The notes beneath the pieces are model-generated. The model was given only the letters and a program-made list of their open reading frames with translations, made no database searches and had not been told where the DNA came from. Shown piece by piece: positions 1 through 13,640 of a stretch of DNA of 64,000 bases (its first letter is position 1; the number at the start of each line of letters is the position of its first letter). Origin of the DNA: Octopus vulgaris (taxonomy: Eukaryota); the NCBI GenBank assembly GCA_951406725.2, contig OX597819.1, positions 26,412,001 to 26,476,000 on the forward strand, written 5' to 3'. The translations under genes were made by a program, and so were the position numbers.

Positions 1-150
1 AAGTATTAACAGTCGCTCAGGGAAGGAAAGAAAGCGTATCTTACGTTTCGAGCAAAGACCTTCTTCAGAAACAGGAGACAGAAGAAAGTGCCAGAGAAAA
101 GCATGACGGAGGAAAAGAATCGCCAACAATCTACATGTAGTTACATTTTG
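1..150 (-). mobile_element. Penelope-like (PLE) terminal fragment with degenerate minimal hammerhead motif (truncated by window start)
   Basis: Similar to copies at 45680-46293, 50306-50621 and ~56945-57120. Minus strand 68->42 reads CTGAAGA-A-GGTCTTTGCTC-GAAA-CG-TA. Abuts (TA)n. Confidence 0.5.
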
Positions 151-754
151 TAAATTATATATATATATATATATAATCGTTTCCGTCACAATACATCAAA
201 GTGAATGGTATTATTTGATCAACAAAATACCTTCCTCTTGGATTAGTGTGCAAGTGGCTGACTATTCTACAGGCACATGTAATTCTTAGCGTAATCTTCA
301 GACAGAATCAACGTTACGTCGTGTGACGAGGCCGGATCTTATGTGTTTGCAGGTACAGTCTATTAGAAGACCTTCTGCACAGTTTTCGTCAGCATATTTT
401 TTCATTTAGAGGGCTTGGGTCGACGCAACATTATGACACTTGTACAATATGGGACGAATCTGTTACCTCGTGATTTCGATGAGAATTTAACTATCCAACC
501 ATTTATACGTACTTTTAGATACACATACATGAATCGTAGCACATACAGTTTATATACCTTGTATGCATATAGTGTATAAGTGAAAGAGTGTAAAACTAAT
601 GGTCATAAGTTTGTGGTTTCGATCTTTCTATCAAGTTGCGTGTCGTCTTTTTAAGCAATGTACTATTTTTCCTGTTGCACCATAGTAGTCAACTAAAATT
701 AAGTACTAACCGATTACTCCTACGATACTGTATTTCTCCAGCTGTTATAATACC

Positions 755-983
755 TATTTCTTTATTACCCACAAGGGGCTAAACACAGAGGGGACAAACA
801 AGGACAGACATAGGTATTAAGTCGATTACATCGACCCCAGTGCGTAACTGGTACTTAATTTATCGACCCCGAAAGGATGAAAGGCAAAGTCGACCTCGGC
901 GGAATTTGAACTCACAACGTAACGCAGACGAAATACCGCTAAGCATTTCGTTTGGCGTGCTAATATTTCTGCCAGCTCGCCGC
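755..983 (-). mobile_element. tRNA-derived SINE, family A (central GCCTTTCATCCTTTCGGGGTCGATAAATTAAGTACCAG domain)
   Basis: A-box-like TGGCAGAAA and B-box GAGTTCAAATTCC on the minus strand. 13-bp TSD CTGTTATAATACC at 742-754 and 984-996. Many copies in the window. Confidence 0.9.
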
Positions 984-1953
984 CTGTTATAATACCGATA
1001 TCTCGCTGGCTCAGTAGTTGGTTGTTTTAAGGATTCCTTCGCTCGACTACATCTTAAATGATAAGCAAATGCGTGGTACAATCTGCTAGATCTTACTAGC
1101 TTATAAGCATATGAGCTGCGTGCGTTTGTGTATAAATATATGTACGAAAATCACGATTATTCATATGATGATAACCACTGTTTTCACCTAATTACATTGT
1201 CCTAAATGTTGGATAATTGAGGATTTTCCTTGGGTAGGTTCGATAATTTTAACTTTATTCATAAGGCACTAATATTCACATAAATTCTCAGTTATCAACG
1301 AAATTGAGTTATTTGAACACTCGTTGGCGTAGCACATATCTGCACACGCAAACAGACGTATAATACGTGTATATAACATCATACACATGCGCAGTGTGGC
1401 ACGCTCGCGAAAATTTCGAGCTGTAAAACCAAGCGCACACATAAATAGATACAACACGCTTGCAACATATACACCTACACACAGTCTACTGGAGCTTACA
1501 TGTACAACGTCACAATATATACGTACATACACGCCCACTTGTATATCTTTCCCACATGCTCAAATATTCCTTGACTTATATTGAAACGTAACCTCGTACA
1601 CGAGTTAGGTAATAGAAAAATAATGGCGTGTAGGCGTTTATACGTTTTTACACAAACCCATTCATAAAACCTGACATATAATATATTCTCTAAAAGAAAG
1701 ATCCTGGTGTCTTCATGGAAACTATTCATTGTAAATAAATGACATTACACACCTTTCTAATAACGTTACTATAAATCAAGTGCTTTAGAGCTACGAGCAA
1801 GTAACAGATAAGTGATATATATATATGTCTTAACAATTGAAATAAACATTTCCTCAAATACTCTATTATTGCTAATATTTGTTACAGTAATTGGATAGCA
1901 GCCATCCTGATACACTTACCTTATCATATAATATAGTATATATAACTATAATG

Positions 1954-2003
<50 letters not shown>

Positions 2004-2720
2004 TGTGACCATAAAACCATCCCATCACTTGCAAGTGAATATGAGACGGGAACGCACTTATGAAGATGTGACCAAAGATGATGAGATCTCGAACTCCCTG
2101 GTTCTGACACTGTGGTCAAGGATCTAAATCTGGAGCGAGAAAGTGAGCTACCCTAGCACTTGAGTGATTCTCATTATAGACTAGAATAGGCTGGAGCACC
2201 GGTCTACGAATAGAAGCTAAAGCGTTATAACCGTGATTTCAGCCTCCTAATCATTATTCCGTTCGCCTTCTCAGATTAATAGTACAAAGGTTTTCTCTGA
2301 ACAGAAACTACACAGGTATCTCACCATCATAGAAAAGTGCAAGTCATGACCAAATGCATAAAAGCCATGATCACTTGACACTCTCTTTCTTTCTATGATG
2401 TGGGTTGAGGGTTATTTGTCTGTTATTTCTAGCACGACTTACGTAGTAACACACTCATATAAAACTGTCATGGCACTGGGAAATTTGTACATTGAATATA
2501 TTACCTCTGTCGCATGTGAACTTATCATTGATTGAAATTAAAGTTATCGATTTTACCACCAAGATATTTCCAAATTCACTTATATCGAATTTGAAATATA
2601 TGAGCGAACATTCCTTACCTAACTAATTTTCAGAGTGAGCTCTCCGCAACAGGATAATCAGGTATAAAGCTAAATGTACTCATTAGACAAGATGAATAAC
2701 ATATATATATATATATATAT

Positions 2721-2865
2721 GTGGAAGACCTCCACGACGGTGGAGTTACGATTTTAGGAGGATGATTGGGATCAGGTGGATGAGAAAGGCGCGATCCAGA
2801 GAGGAGTGGACAGCGTGCTGTGACCAGCGGTGTCAAATGGACGCCTGACGGACTGGTCGGTCAAG

Positions 2866-2869
<4 letters not shown>
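2721..2869 (+). mobile_element. 5'-truncated 3' end of an RTE-clade LINE inserted in (TA)n
   Basis: 2723-2848 translates [41 protein letters not shown], matching the GRP..RW.D...G..W...A..R..W C-terminal motif of RTE ORFs. (TA)n on both sides. Confidence 0.8.
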
Positions 2870-2906
<37 letters not shown>

Positions 2907-3004
2907 ATATGTAGTATATTTGTAAATATATACATATGTATATATGCCTATGTATATAGATATATACATGTATATATACACACATATATATACATATATG
3001 TATG

Positions 3005-3039
<35 letters not shown>

Positions 3040-3183
3040 TACATAACAGGCGAAGAAACATATTTGTAAGCACCTACACATAGTTGCACCAATGCACACA
3101 TGGTCCTATCCCAAAGAATCACTCGAATCAGGTGTAATAATATTTAAACCACGTATCCTGTTGGTTCTGCAGCTGAGAAATTG

Positions 3184-5974
3184 GCTTGAATTTAAATATT
3201 GGGCTTCATTTTTATGGGGAATGTAGGATAAAAAGTAGAAAAAGCATTGCTAAAAAGTGTTACCACTGACACGAGTGAGTAGATGAATTAAATAGGATTT
3301 CACAACATACTCCAACGTGTCATATTCGAGCATAATTAAAATGATATTTGGATCTTATTTCTTTATAAGTTTTACAGATTTTATGCGTAAATGTCATAAT
3401 CGTATCTAAGAGGCCTTAAATGAACTAAAGTAATGAAATATTTCTCCAAGAAATTGCTTTATGATACCCTGTAGTTACTTCGTTCTTTATAACTATGGGA
3501 CGATTTTACAATGTATGATGTTGCTCGCATAAACATATTTGTAACACTTCTTTTAATTGTAATACCGAGACCAGATGTCCACATTGAGTGCTTATATATA
3601 GGTCTTTGGGTCAGTGTTTCCTCGTTGTATTGATTATTTTTATTAAATCGTCTACTGATGCTTCATAATCTATATTTTATCCAACCCAAATAATCTTTTT
3701 TAAATTTTCAGTGAAATCGCATGTTATACCAGGTTGTCTGTGATATTTCCTTTAATGCAAAAACTGTCATTATATAAGTGAGAGTATTTGAGTTCAAGTA
3801 TTAGAAACAATCATGGTAGTGAAACAAAACCAAATTTTAGGTGACTTTCCTTGCATTTTAATAATAAAAATCTTTCAATTTGGTTATTTTATCCAAACAG
3901 TGCTTGCAAAATTTCCCATGCCTTTAAACGCATGGCCTTGTATCACCTTCGCGTATTATTCTCGATATGTGTATACTCGTAAGGGTTACGTTGCCCTAAC
4001 TTAGAATATTTATTAGTTTGTAAGTGTTGGTGAACCAATCAGAAAACTCAGTATCAGGAGATCATGATCTTGAAAATGTCTTGAAAGATATTATGAGACT
4101 GTTCATTTAATGTCTGTTTTATTGCTAATTACATGGGAAATGCTGATCATGATCAGGACTATTCTAATTAATTAATTGAATCAGTTCAGGTCTCAACCAA
4201 AAATAGCTCGAAATATTTTTTGAAATTATATTTGTTACCTAGAGCTGAACTGGTTGCTTCAATTAACTTCTTCCTCTAAAAATTCCAGGCTTTCAACCCC
4301 TATTGGAAATAATTATTATTCAGTAGTTTGTAATATACATTAAGAGTTCATTTTCTTTCATAAAAAAATTGGAATGCTTAAAAATTACACAGATTAAAAA
4401 TGTTTCAGGAATCTGTACTAGCAATATTTACAGTCACCAGCTTGAATTTAAATATAGGGCTTCATTTTTATGGGGAATATAGGATAAAAAGTACAAAAAG
4501 TATTGCTAAAAAGTGTTACCACTGACTTAGTGGACGAATGAGAAGATGAATTACATAGGATTTCACAACATACTCCAACGTGTCATATTCGAGCATAATT
4601 AAAATGATATTTGAATCTTATTTCTTTATAAGTTTTACAGATGTTATACGTAAATGTCATAGTCTTATCTAAGAGGCCTTAAATGAACTATAGTAATGAA
4701 ATAATGTAAAGTATAGAAGCCATCTTATCATGGCTAACCACATTGGGGAGGGGGTGTTACTGTAGCTTTATAGCCCCAAGAGATCTTCGTCTGGGGCTAT
4801 AAGGCTACAGTAACACCCCCTCCCCAATGTGGTTAGCCATGATAAGATGGCTTCTATACTTTACATTATCGAGCGATTACTGTTTCAATCTCATTCTGAG
4901 ATTTAATTATGAGTAATGAAATATTTCTCCAAGAAATTGTGTTATGATACCCTGTAGTTATTTCGTTCTTTATAACTATGGGACGATTTTACAATGTATG
5001 ATGATGCTCACATAAACACATTTGTAACACTTCTTTTAATTGTAATACCGAGACCAGATGTCCACATTGAGTGCTTATAAATCTGTGGGTCAGTTTTTCC
5101 TCGTTGTATTGATAATTCTTTTTTTAAAATCACCTACTGATGATTCATAATCTATATTTTATCCAACCCAAATAATCTTTTTTAAATTTTCAGTGAAATC
5201 GCATGTTATACCAGGTTGTCTGTGATATTTCCTTTAATGCAAAAACTGTCATTATATATGTGGGAGTATTTGAGTTCAAGTATTAGAAACAATCACGGTA
5301 GTGAAACAAAACCAAATTTTAGGTGCCTTTCCTTGCATTTTAATAACAAACATCTTTCAATTTGTTTATTTTATCCAAACAGTGCTTGCAAAATTCCCCA
5401 TGCCTTTAAACTCAAGGCCTTGTATCACCTTCAAATCACAATTATTTCTCTTAACAGGCATTTTTTTTTTACTAGAAAGTCTGTATTATTCTCGATATGT
5501 GTATACTCGTAAGGGTTACGTTGTCCTAACTTAGAATATTTATTAGTTTGTAAGTGTTGATGAACCAATCAGAAAACTCAGTATCAGGAGATCATGATCT
5601 TGAAAATGTCTTGAAAGATATTATGAGACTGTTCATTTAATGTCTGTTTTATTGCTAATTACATGGGAAATGCTGATCATGATCAGGACTATTCTAATTA
5701 ATTAATTGAATCATTTCAGGTCTCAACCAACAATAGCTTGAAATATTTTTTGAAATTATATTTGTTACCTAGAGCTGAACTGGTTGTTTAAATTAACTTC
5801 TTCCTCTAAAAATTCCAGGCTTTCAACCCCTATTGGAAATAATTATTATTCAGTAGTTTGCAATATACATTAAGAGTTTATTATCTTTCATAAATAATTT
5901 GGAATGCTTAAAATTTACACAGATTAAAAATGTTTCAGGAATCTGTACTAGCAATATTTACAGGCACCAGCTTG
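3184..5974. repeat. ~1.25-kb tandem duplication (3184-4439 / 4440-5974)
   Basis: Highly similar copies, with GCTTG at all three junctions (3184, 4440, 5970). Copy 2 has a 208-bp insertion plus TSD and a ~50-bp segment (~5433-5482) absent from copy 1. Confidence 0.95.
4704..4911 (+). mobile_element. Short hairpin-plus-tail insertion (PLE-like inverted terminus)
   Basis: 78-bp inverted arms 4701-4778 / 4792-4869 (1 mismatch), 13-nt spacer, ~42-nt tail. 12-bp TSD AGTAATGAAATA at 4692-4703 and 4912-4923. The empty site is visible in duplication copy 1 (~3429-3440). Confidence 0.85.
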
Positions 5975-7946
5975 CCTGTTTTCTCAAACTTGGCTATTTT
6001 CAAGTGTTTATATATATCCATAAATAGAATCTATCGCTGTCTTTACAGAAGTAGTTGTCTATCAATATAGTTGTAGCTATTACAGAAGAGATTACGGTGA
6101 TACACCTTAACTACCATAATAGTTTTAATTCAATAGCTAGGTCAGAAGAATTCCTTGCCTTTTCCGCACAATTCTGCACTACATTATCATTATTCGTTAT
6201 TACTATATCGATTATTATTAATACAGACTATTTTCATTTTCTTGTTATGAAAAATGTCATCCGACATATCATGTGATATATGGCCTGTATGCTAAAGTTC
6301 CTTCGTAACTTGTCGTTATTCTTTCATAACAGGTGTGTAAACATATGAGTAGTCCAGATATTTTTCGAATGAATTAAAACTGAATTGGTAGGAGTATGTA
6401 GAGCATCTTAGTTACGTTCAAATGATACCTATGTAAGACATTTCTCATCGACATTTCACGTGTAAATTGTTCCTATAAATGCTTAGTGGTGGTGGCCAAA
6501 ATTGTGGCTTGTACTGACACGTTCAGGTTCGATTTATGCATGCACACCAGATATATTGTCCTGGGCAAAATATTAAACTGACAGGCTGATAGTTTATGTC
6601 GTATGGAGTCCAGTCTAATCAAAGAAGATACTACAAGTGAAGAGCCCTAGTTATGCAGAAGATGGAGTTGTCACTAAGATATACAGTATTGGAGAAAGGC
6701 TGTTGTCTAGATATGTCACACAAGCCTGCCGACATGTGGACATACCTTCATGACGTGTGAACCAGTACTCCTCCCTAAGAGTTAAACAGGCTGAGATTCA
6801 GGAGTACATACGAAAAAGCAGGAGACTAGCAGAGTTAATTGTAAATAAACCACAGGAATGCGGTTTATTTACGACTCTGCCTTTCATACCTTGTAGTCAA
6901 TAAAATAAACTTCAACTGAGCGCTAGGGTGCAAGATATCGATTAAACCCACTCTCTGAATATTTCAGGCGTAGTGCCTTAAATTATTATTTGGTAACAAG
7001 TACTTCTGTTCGCCAAAATTTGGAAAGCTGTTCAAGAATTATCGAGAAATTAGAGATTCGGTGAGTAAATGAGTAATCTTAATGGTGAGACTAGGGCTCA
7101 CTATTGCCCTGCCTAAAAGAAAACATCTTGGCTTTTGTTCCATATTACTGAATAGCGTTACCAATTTTGACGACGTCTGTTTTTGAAACGTACTATATGA
7201 CTACACAAAATAAACTATGGAATATCGTCGATACTATGTCTTTTCCAATTTCTTATTCGCACAATTTTTAAACCATTGTCTCTTCTCTCTGTCGCTGCAT
7301 TCATTTTTAAATAACCATCTTTTTTACCTTTCTACGACATACTGTGGCATCTCCTTTTTACATCATCATCACTTTGTTTCCCTTCTCCCATTCTACGTCT
7401 TCATCACCATTTATCTTTGTTTTGTGTCAATTTCATTTCTTATGATAGCTCTCTCTCTCTCTCTGCCCAAGTCTACAATGCTACGTCCTCCGCTCTCGTT
7501 CAGTAATTTTACCTCCGTATCTTTCATTCTATATTTTGATGTCCTTTCATTTCTACATCCTTCTCTTTCATTCTCTATCTCTAATGTCCTTCACTGTTTT
7601 TGCTTCCTTCTCTCCCACTTCTATTTCTACGTTATCTATGGGGCATTTTTCTCCAGCATTTTCCCCTCCTTATACGCCACCTTTTCATTTTTTTGTTTTT
7701 ACGCTACACCATTTCATTCCCTATTTCTATGTCCAACTCATTTAAGTTTTTCTTTCGCATTCTTTCCTATATTTTCATCACCCTTTCTTACTAAAACGTA
7801 CTCATTCCGACTTCGTACATCATCAATTCTTTGCCTTTCCCTCTTGCATTATTATTTCATTTTTTAACAGCCTCAACACCCAAATTTTAATCTTTCATCT
7901 ACCTTTTTTATGTACTCCATTCACTCTCGCTTGATGGTTACACACA

Positions 7947-7948
<2 letters not shown>

Positions 7949-8013
<65 letters not shown>
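7949..8013. repeat. (CT)n microsatellite
   Basis: Read directly. Confidence 0.95.
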
Positions 8014-8017
<4 letters not shown>

Positions 8018-8643
8018 AATCCCTAACATGTTTTCCTTTTTATTTTTTGTCTTGCATCTAACTCATCCTTCTGTCTTTTGCGCCATCCTCTTTCAACAGT
8101 ATTCGCTTATTTCTGTCTCTGCCACAAATTCTCATTCTTTCTTACTCTCATTTTGGCTCTCTTTATCTTATTATCCATCTTTCTCTCTCGTAATTGTTCT
8201 GTTATTTACCTTCTACGTGTTCCTGTTTTGTATTTATTCTCTTTCGCTCTCACACACACACAATTTTCCACATTTTCTCCATCCGTATCTCTACATCTTT
8301 GTATCTTTGTCTTCCCTCCCACATTCACTTATATAAACATATGCTATCACATGTTGACTTCATATTCTCCTCAGGTATTTCACATAACAAAAAGCGCCCC
8401 CCCCCCAACATACTCACACATGCACACAAGCTAATATACACAAACAATCTGCTTGATACATAAACATGTGCACAACAATACACATTGGCTCTTACTCAAA
8501 TTCATAATTTCTAAAGGATAAGAGCAGTTGTATAAACGTACATGCAAGGACATGCACATATACACAGCCATTCAGGAACACGCAAATGTACACGTGTGCA
8601 TGCAGATGGCCTCGTGTATTCTCATGCATGCACACACGCGTTG

Positions 8644-8649
8644 ATATAT

Positions 8650-8715
<66 letters not shown>

Positions 8716-9052
8716 ATATATATATATGTGTGTGTGTGTATATATATATATGTGTGTGTGTGTATATATATATATATGTGTGTGTGTGTATATATATATA
8801 TGTGTGTGTGTGTATATATATATATGTGTGTGTGTGTTATATATATATATATGTGTGTGTGTGTATATATATATATATATGAGTGTGTGTGTGTATATGT
8901 GTGTGTATATATATATATGTGTCTGTGTGTATATATGTGTGTGTGTATATATATGTGTGTTTGTGTGTGTATATATGTGTGTGTGTTTGTGTGTATATAT
9001 GTGTGTGAGTTTGTGTGTATATATATGTGTGTGTATATATATGTGTGTGTGT
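8644..9052. repeat. Compound (TA)n/(TG)n microsatellite array
   Basis: Alternating TA and TG blocks with ~20-24-bp higher-order periodicity. A similar array lies at ~9448-9790. Confidence 0.95.
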
Positions 9053-9205
9053 GAGTGGCTGTGTGGTAAGTAGCTTGCTAACCAACCACACGGTTCCGGG
9101 TTCAGTCCCACTGCGTGGCATCTTGGGCAAGTGTCTTCTGCTACAACCCCGGGCCGATCAATACCTTGTGAGTGGATTTGGTAGACGGAAACTGAAAGAA
9201 GCCTG

Positions 9206-9255
<50 letters not shown>

Positions 9256-9447
9256 CTGTGTTTGTCCCCCTAGCATTGCTTGACACCCGATGATGATGTG
9301 TTTACGTCCCCGTCACTTAGCGGTTCGGCAAAATAGACCGATAGAATAAGTACTGGGCTTACAAAGAATAAGTCCCGGGATCGGTTTGCTCGACTAAAGG
9401 CGGTGCTCCAGCATGGCCACAGTCAAATGACTGAAACAAGTAATAGA
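9052..9447 (+). mobile_element. tRNA-derived SINE, family B (internal microsatellite; tail GGCGGTGCTCCAGCATGGCC...TGACTGAAACAAGTAA)
   Basis: A-box TGGCTGTGTGG, B-box GGTTCAGTCCC, CTTGGGCAAGTGTCTT core and internal (TA)n. Many homologous copies in the window. Confidence 0.9.
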
Positions 9448-9721
9448 GTATATATATATGTGTGTGTGTGTATATTTATACATGTGTGTGTGTGTGTGTG
9501 AGTGTGTATATATGTGTGTATATATATAAATATATGTATATATATATATATGGTGTGTGTGTGTATATATATATATGGTGTGTGTGTATATATATATATG
9601 GGTGTGTGTGTATATATATATATGGGTGTGTTTGTGTATATATATATGGGTCTGTGTGTGTATATATATATGGGTGTGTGTATATATATATATATGTGTG
9701 TTTGGTGTGTATATATGTGAT

Positions 9722-9774
<53 letters not shown>

Positions 9775-10085
9775 ATATATGTATATGTAACCATAATATG
9801 CATGTGTGTGCATATGCGTATTTACATATAGTTATATATATATACATATATATGTTATTTACATATAGTTCATATACGAACCTGAAAAAAGAAACGTAAA
9901 ACCATGCATCAAGCTAAAATATATGGGAAATCTCTGATGAACACTCATCTATGGGAATTCACAGTTACAAATGTATAGTAACATCTGCTTGAGTCAGATG
10001 CACTGAAATATACCTACATGCATAAAGGTATATATATATATGCATACAAACGTATATATTTCATACATGAATATGCATGCACATG

Positions 10086-10123
<38 letters not shown>

Positions 10124-10993
10124 CGTATATGTTTATAGATCTGTGTGCAAAGACACACAGATACACACACACACACATATGCATATATATATATATATAT
10201 ACCATTCTATACATAGCTTTTCATATATACATGCGCACGCACACACTGTTCTGCATTTCGATTCGTATTACGAGAATATATACGTAAGCACTGACATACA
10301 AGCAGGTAATTCTTTCAATTGCATACAAACAGGTAATTCATTCAATATTTGCATCTGAACTAGCTTTTATAAATTCTTAAATAAATACATGCAGCGACAA
10401 CCACAAAGTACACACTTGAAAAACACAGAAACAAACAAACAAACATACATGTGTACATCCACTCGTATTACTTGTATATTAACATATGCGATTAACATGG
10501 GTGTATACGCTCCTTTAAATATACAACACACGTTTATTTAGTTACATGTATACACGTTTGTACTCAGGAATTTTCACAAAGACACATTATTATGTACCTG
10601 ATGCATAAACATTTACTGATGCTACTTCAAAATAAATTGTTTCATTCATATTTATTACACTACTCCTTCACTCATTTTGCACTCATTCTTCTTACTCAAG
10701 AATTCCCTCGCGTTTGTGCTGCTACCTCTAGCTTCTTTCCCCGCTCTTTTCTTTCTCCATTGTTCATTGTCTACATTTCTTTCACATCACTTCATATAAT
10801 CCTTATTTTATACACGCTTTTTCTCATTTTGTCTTAATCTTTCTCTACTTCTCTTTTATTAACTCATTTTCTCTCTTCCTTTTGTTTCCTTCTAGCCTTT
10901 GTCCTCCTTTCACTCTGTTTCACTTTCCACCTATTTTTTTCTCTTTCTCAATTATTTTAACGTCTGTATTTCTGACTGTTCACGTATCTACCT

Positions 10994-11198
10994 ATTTCTT
11001 TACTACCCACAAGGGGCTAAACACAGAGGGGACAAACAAAGACCGACAAACGGATTATATCGCACCAGTGCGTAACTGGTACTTATTTCATCGAAAGGCA
11101 AAGTCGACCTCGGCGGAATTTGAACTCAGAACGTAACGACAGATGAAATACGACTACGCATTTCGCCCAGCCTGCTAACGGTTCTGCTAGCTCGCCAC
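10994..11198 (-). mobile_element. SINE family A copy
   Basis: Homologous to 755-983. 18-bp TSD CTGTTCACGTATCTACCT at 10976-10993 and 11199-11216. Confidence 0.9.
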
Positions 11199-11929
11199 CT
11201 GTTCACGTATCTACCTGCCCATGCGTTCCTTTTTGAGCTGACTGGTTGTCTGTCTCTGTGTCTCATCGGTTGTATCGCTATGTCTCTACCTCTTGTTTTT
11301 TATGTCTCTCCGTATGTCCATATACCCCTTTTCTTCTTTTGTCTCCTCTATTTTTCTGTGTCTCAACTGTTTCAATATCAACCTTTCTTTCACGTCGGAT
11401 GCCAGTGGTCCGTCCCTTCGATATGTCATGCTATACATCTTTTTTCTCTATGAACGTAATTGCTCTCTCTCTCTCTCTCTCCCTCTATCTATCTATCTAT
11501 ATCTCCCTCTTTCTCCCCTTTACTCATACACACACTTCCCTCTCTCCGTCTAACTATTTACTTGTCTGCCTGAGCGATTTGTATGTTTATTTCTGTCTGT
11601 ATCACTAATCAGTAATTATTGCCTTTTGTTTTAATAAATACAACTTCAAACAAATTTTACAGTTTCCTTATTAAATAAAAACAAATTTCGTTTCAATAAT
11701 TTAAAATTCTATATTTCAAACAATGAGTACCTTCGATATGCGTTTTATTACATACGAACATTAAAAGAAATTAAAATTGGGGACGGTAACTATCTTATCT
11801 CATTGAAATATATTTTCAATCAAAAATTTACAATTATAAATTTGCAAAAAGTATTTAATCAATAATATTGATAAATCTTCCCAATGGAAGGTAATAATAC
11901 AAGTTCAAAATCTTGATGATCACAAGTTA

Positions 11930-13640
11930 ATAACATTTTTGTGTTTTAATTTTATGACAATTTTGATAGCAGATACTAAGTTAGCTTTTACTCGGGTCGC
12001 TTCTTCTTCTGATATCCAGTCGCATTCTTCGTTTCCCTTCTCTAGTGAATCCCTTACAGCAACAAGATAAGAACACCTCATATTAAACGCGAAAAAGGAA
12101 ACAGTAACATTAATTCTCACGCCAAACGGCTTAAATTTAAACATTTAGTGTTGGTCTTATCACACAATTCTATCATGGTTCCTTTTATTTTTAAAAGAAT
12201 TCTGATTTCAAAAAATTATCTTTAGTAGTCGATTCCATGTTCAGTTAGCAACATTATGACCAAAGCAGAAAATCTAAAAGAAAAGTGTGAGGACAACTAT
12301 TTACAAATTACGCACAATGACAAATATAGCCTATTTTATTTCATGTTATTTACACATTGTAGCGGGTTATGTGTTCTGGCCGTAATATTCGCTTGATATA
12401 ACTCGAGAAATGTAACGAAACTAAATAATTTTATCGTTGAAGCAACACAAATTATATTTATCTTCAAGCTGATTATTTCATGTATTCAGTTTTTCGGCAA
12501 AATCTGCTAAGATAACTCACAAATATAACTAAAAAGTTGTGTACTATAAACAGAGTGTCTTTATAGGTTTTAGCCTTTTTGACTTCAACAAATTGTCTAA
12601 AGTAAAATTTCTTACAAAGCAAGTTCTAAAACTGACAAAGGTTTGCCTCCTACATATAACGTGATATTCATTTCGGTTTGTCCTTTAAAACATCACTGAG
12701 TTTATCAAGCGGTTCCATGAAACTTTTTCAGGCAGTTATTCGACAACAGCCATCTTACTGTAGTGTTGTCTGCTGTTTTATCTTCTATAAATTCTTTATT
12801 TACTGAGACACTCGCATTTATCATTATCCATGATACTGCTGATACATTCTTCTATGGACTTCAATATTTCATTTAGAATTGGTGAAACGCTTTTGGCGAC
12901 TGAGATTTTTTTTTACTGTGAATAAAGCTGTGCACAAACAGTATTTCTCAATTGTCGTCTTTCATCATTTTTAAACAGCCATCTTTCTTGCCCTTCAGAA
13001 CAGATATTATCTGCAGCACAAGACACAATGTTTTTTTATTAGGTTATTGACATCCAAATAGGTTTTACATTATTGTAAATATCATGGTAGTAGTGATGTT
13101 GTCTAATGATTTGCAAAACATTTCCTCAAACAATCCTTCATGATCAATATATCTCACATATGCCAGCAATCGACTCACTGTCTCTTAGATTCATGCATCT
13201 GTATTGTGAATTTGCTTCAACATCTCTACTCATCTCCTTCTATTCTTCCACAAACAGTATTGTTAATCGGTGGCATGTCTTTGACAATTTTGTCCTCCTT
13301 CTCCAGAACTGCGCTTAGAAAATGCGATTCAGTCTAGGTTTTGCTATCAGAAGATAAAAAAGTTTTATAAGATGCCTCAATAATACCGTTATTAGTTGCA
13401 TTTTACAAAGCGATCAATACTTTCGTTGTTGCTGCGTTTTCAAATATTTCGTTCAGTGATTTAAAATTTTATGATTTAAAATTGCATGAAAACACTGTTT
13501 CGCTTTCCAACGTGCTTTGAGATAGTTAGGTCTCACTGACTTTTGTGTAAAGATTCAGAGGTAAATTTGTCGGAAAGGAAACCTAATTTTAAGTAAACAA
13601 TGATGATCTATAGTTTTTTGTTGTTTTATTTTTCTTTATT
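11930..13640 (-). pseudogene. Decayed hAT (Buster/Charlie; ZBED5/SCAND3/FAM200-like) transposase
   Basis: Frameshifted minus-strand segments such as KDMPPINNTVCGRIE, LLAYVRYIDHEGLFEEM.CKSL, KNIVSCAAD, FVHSFIH, VSPILNEILKSI and TTVRWL appear in the order of Buster transposase motifs. A dimerisation-domain-like SYLV lies near 12070. Confidence 0.75.

Noticed and set aside
3560-4100. Possible MULE/SWIM-type transposase relic inside the duplication
   Set aside because: Only faint motif echoes across frameshifts; needs a translated search.
4704-4911. Interpretation of the hairpin inserts as MITEs or assembly palindromes
   Set aside because: One-sided tails, 12-14-bp TSDs, arm mismatches and an empty paralogous site indicate real insertions that do not fit symmetric TIR elements.
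7217-8463. 216-aa and neighbouring F/L/S-rich ORFs (also 22576-23145)
   Set aside because: Pyrimidine-rich low-complexity tracts depleted of stop codons; no recognisable domain.
8542-10358. Long ORFs rich in YI/CV/HT (also 17879-18731, 44418-45124, 45959-46683 and others)
   Set aside because: Translations of TA/TG/CA microsatellites, which lack stop codons by composition.
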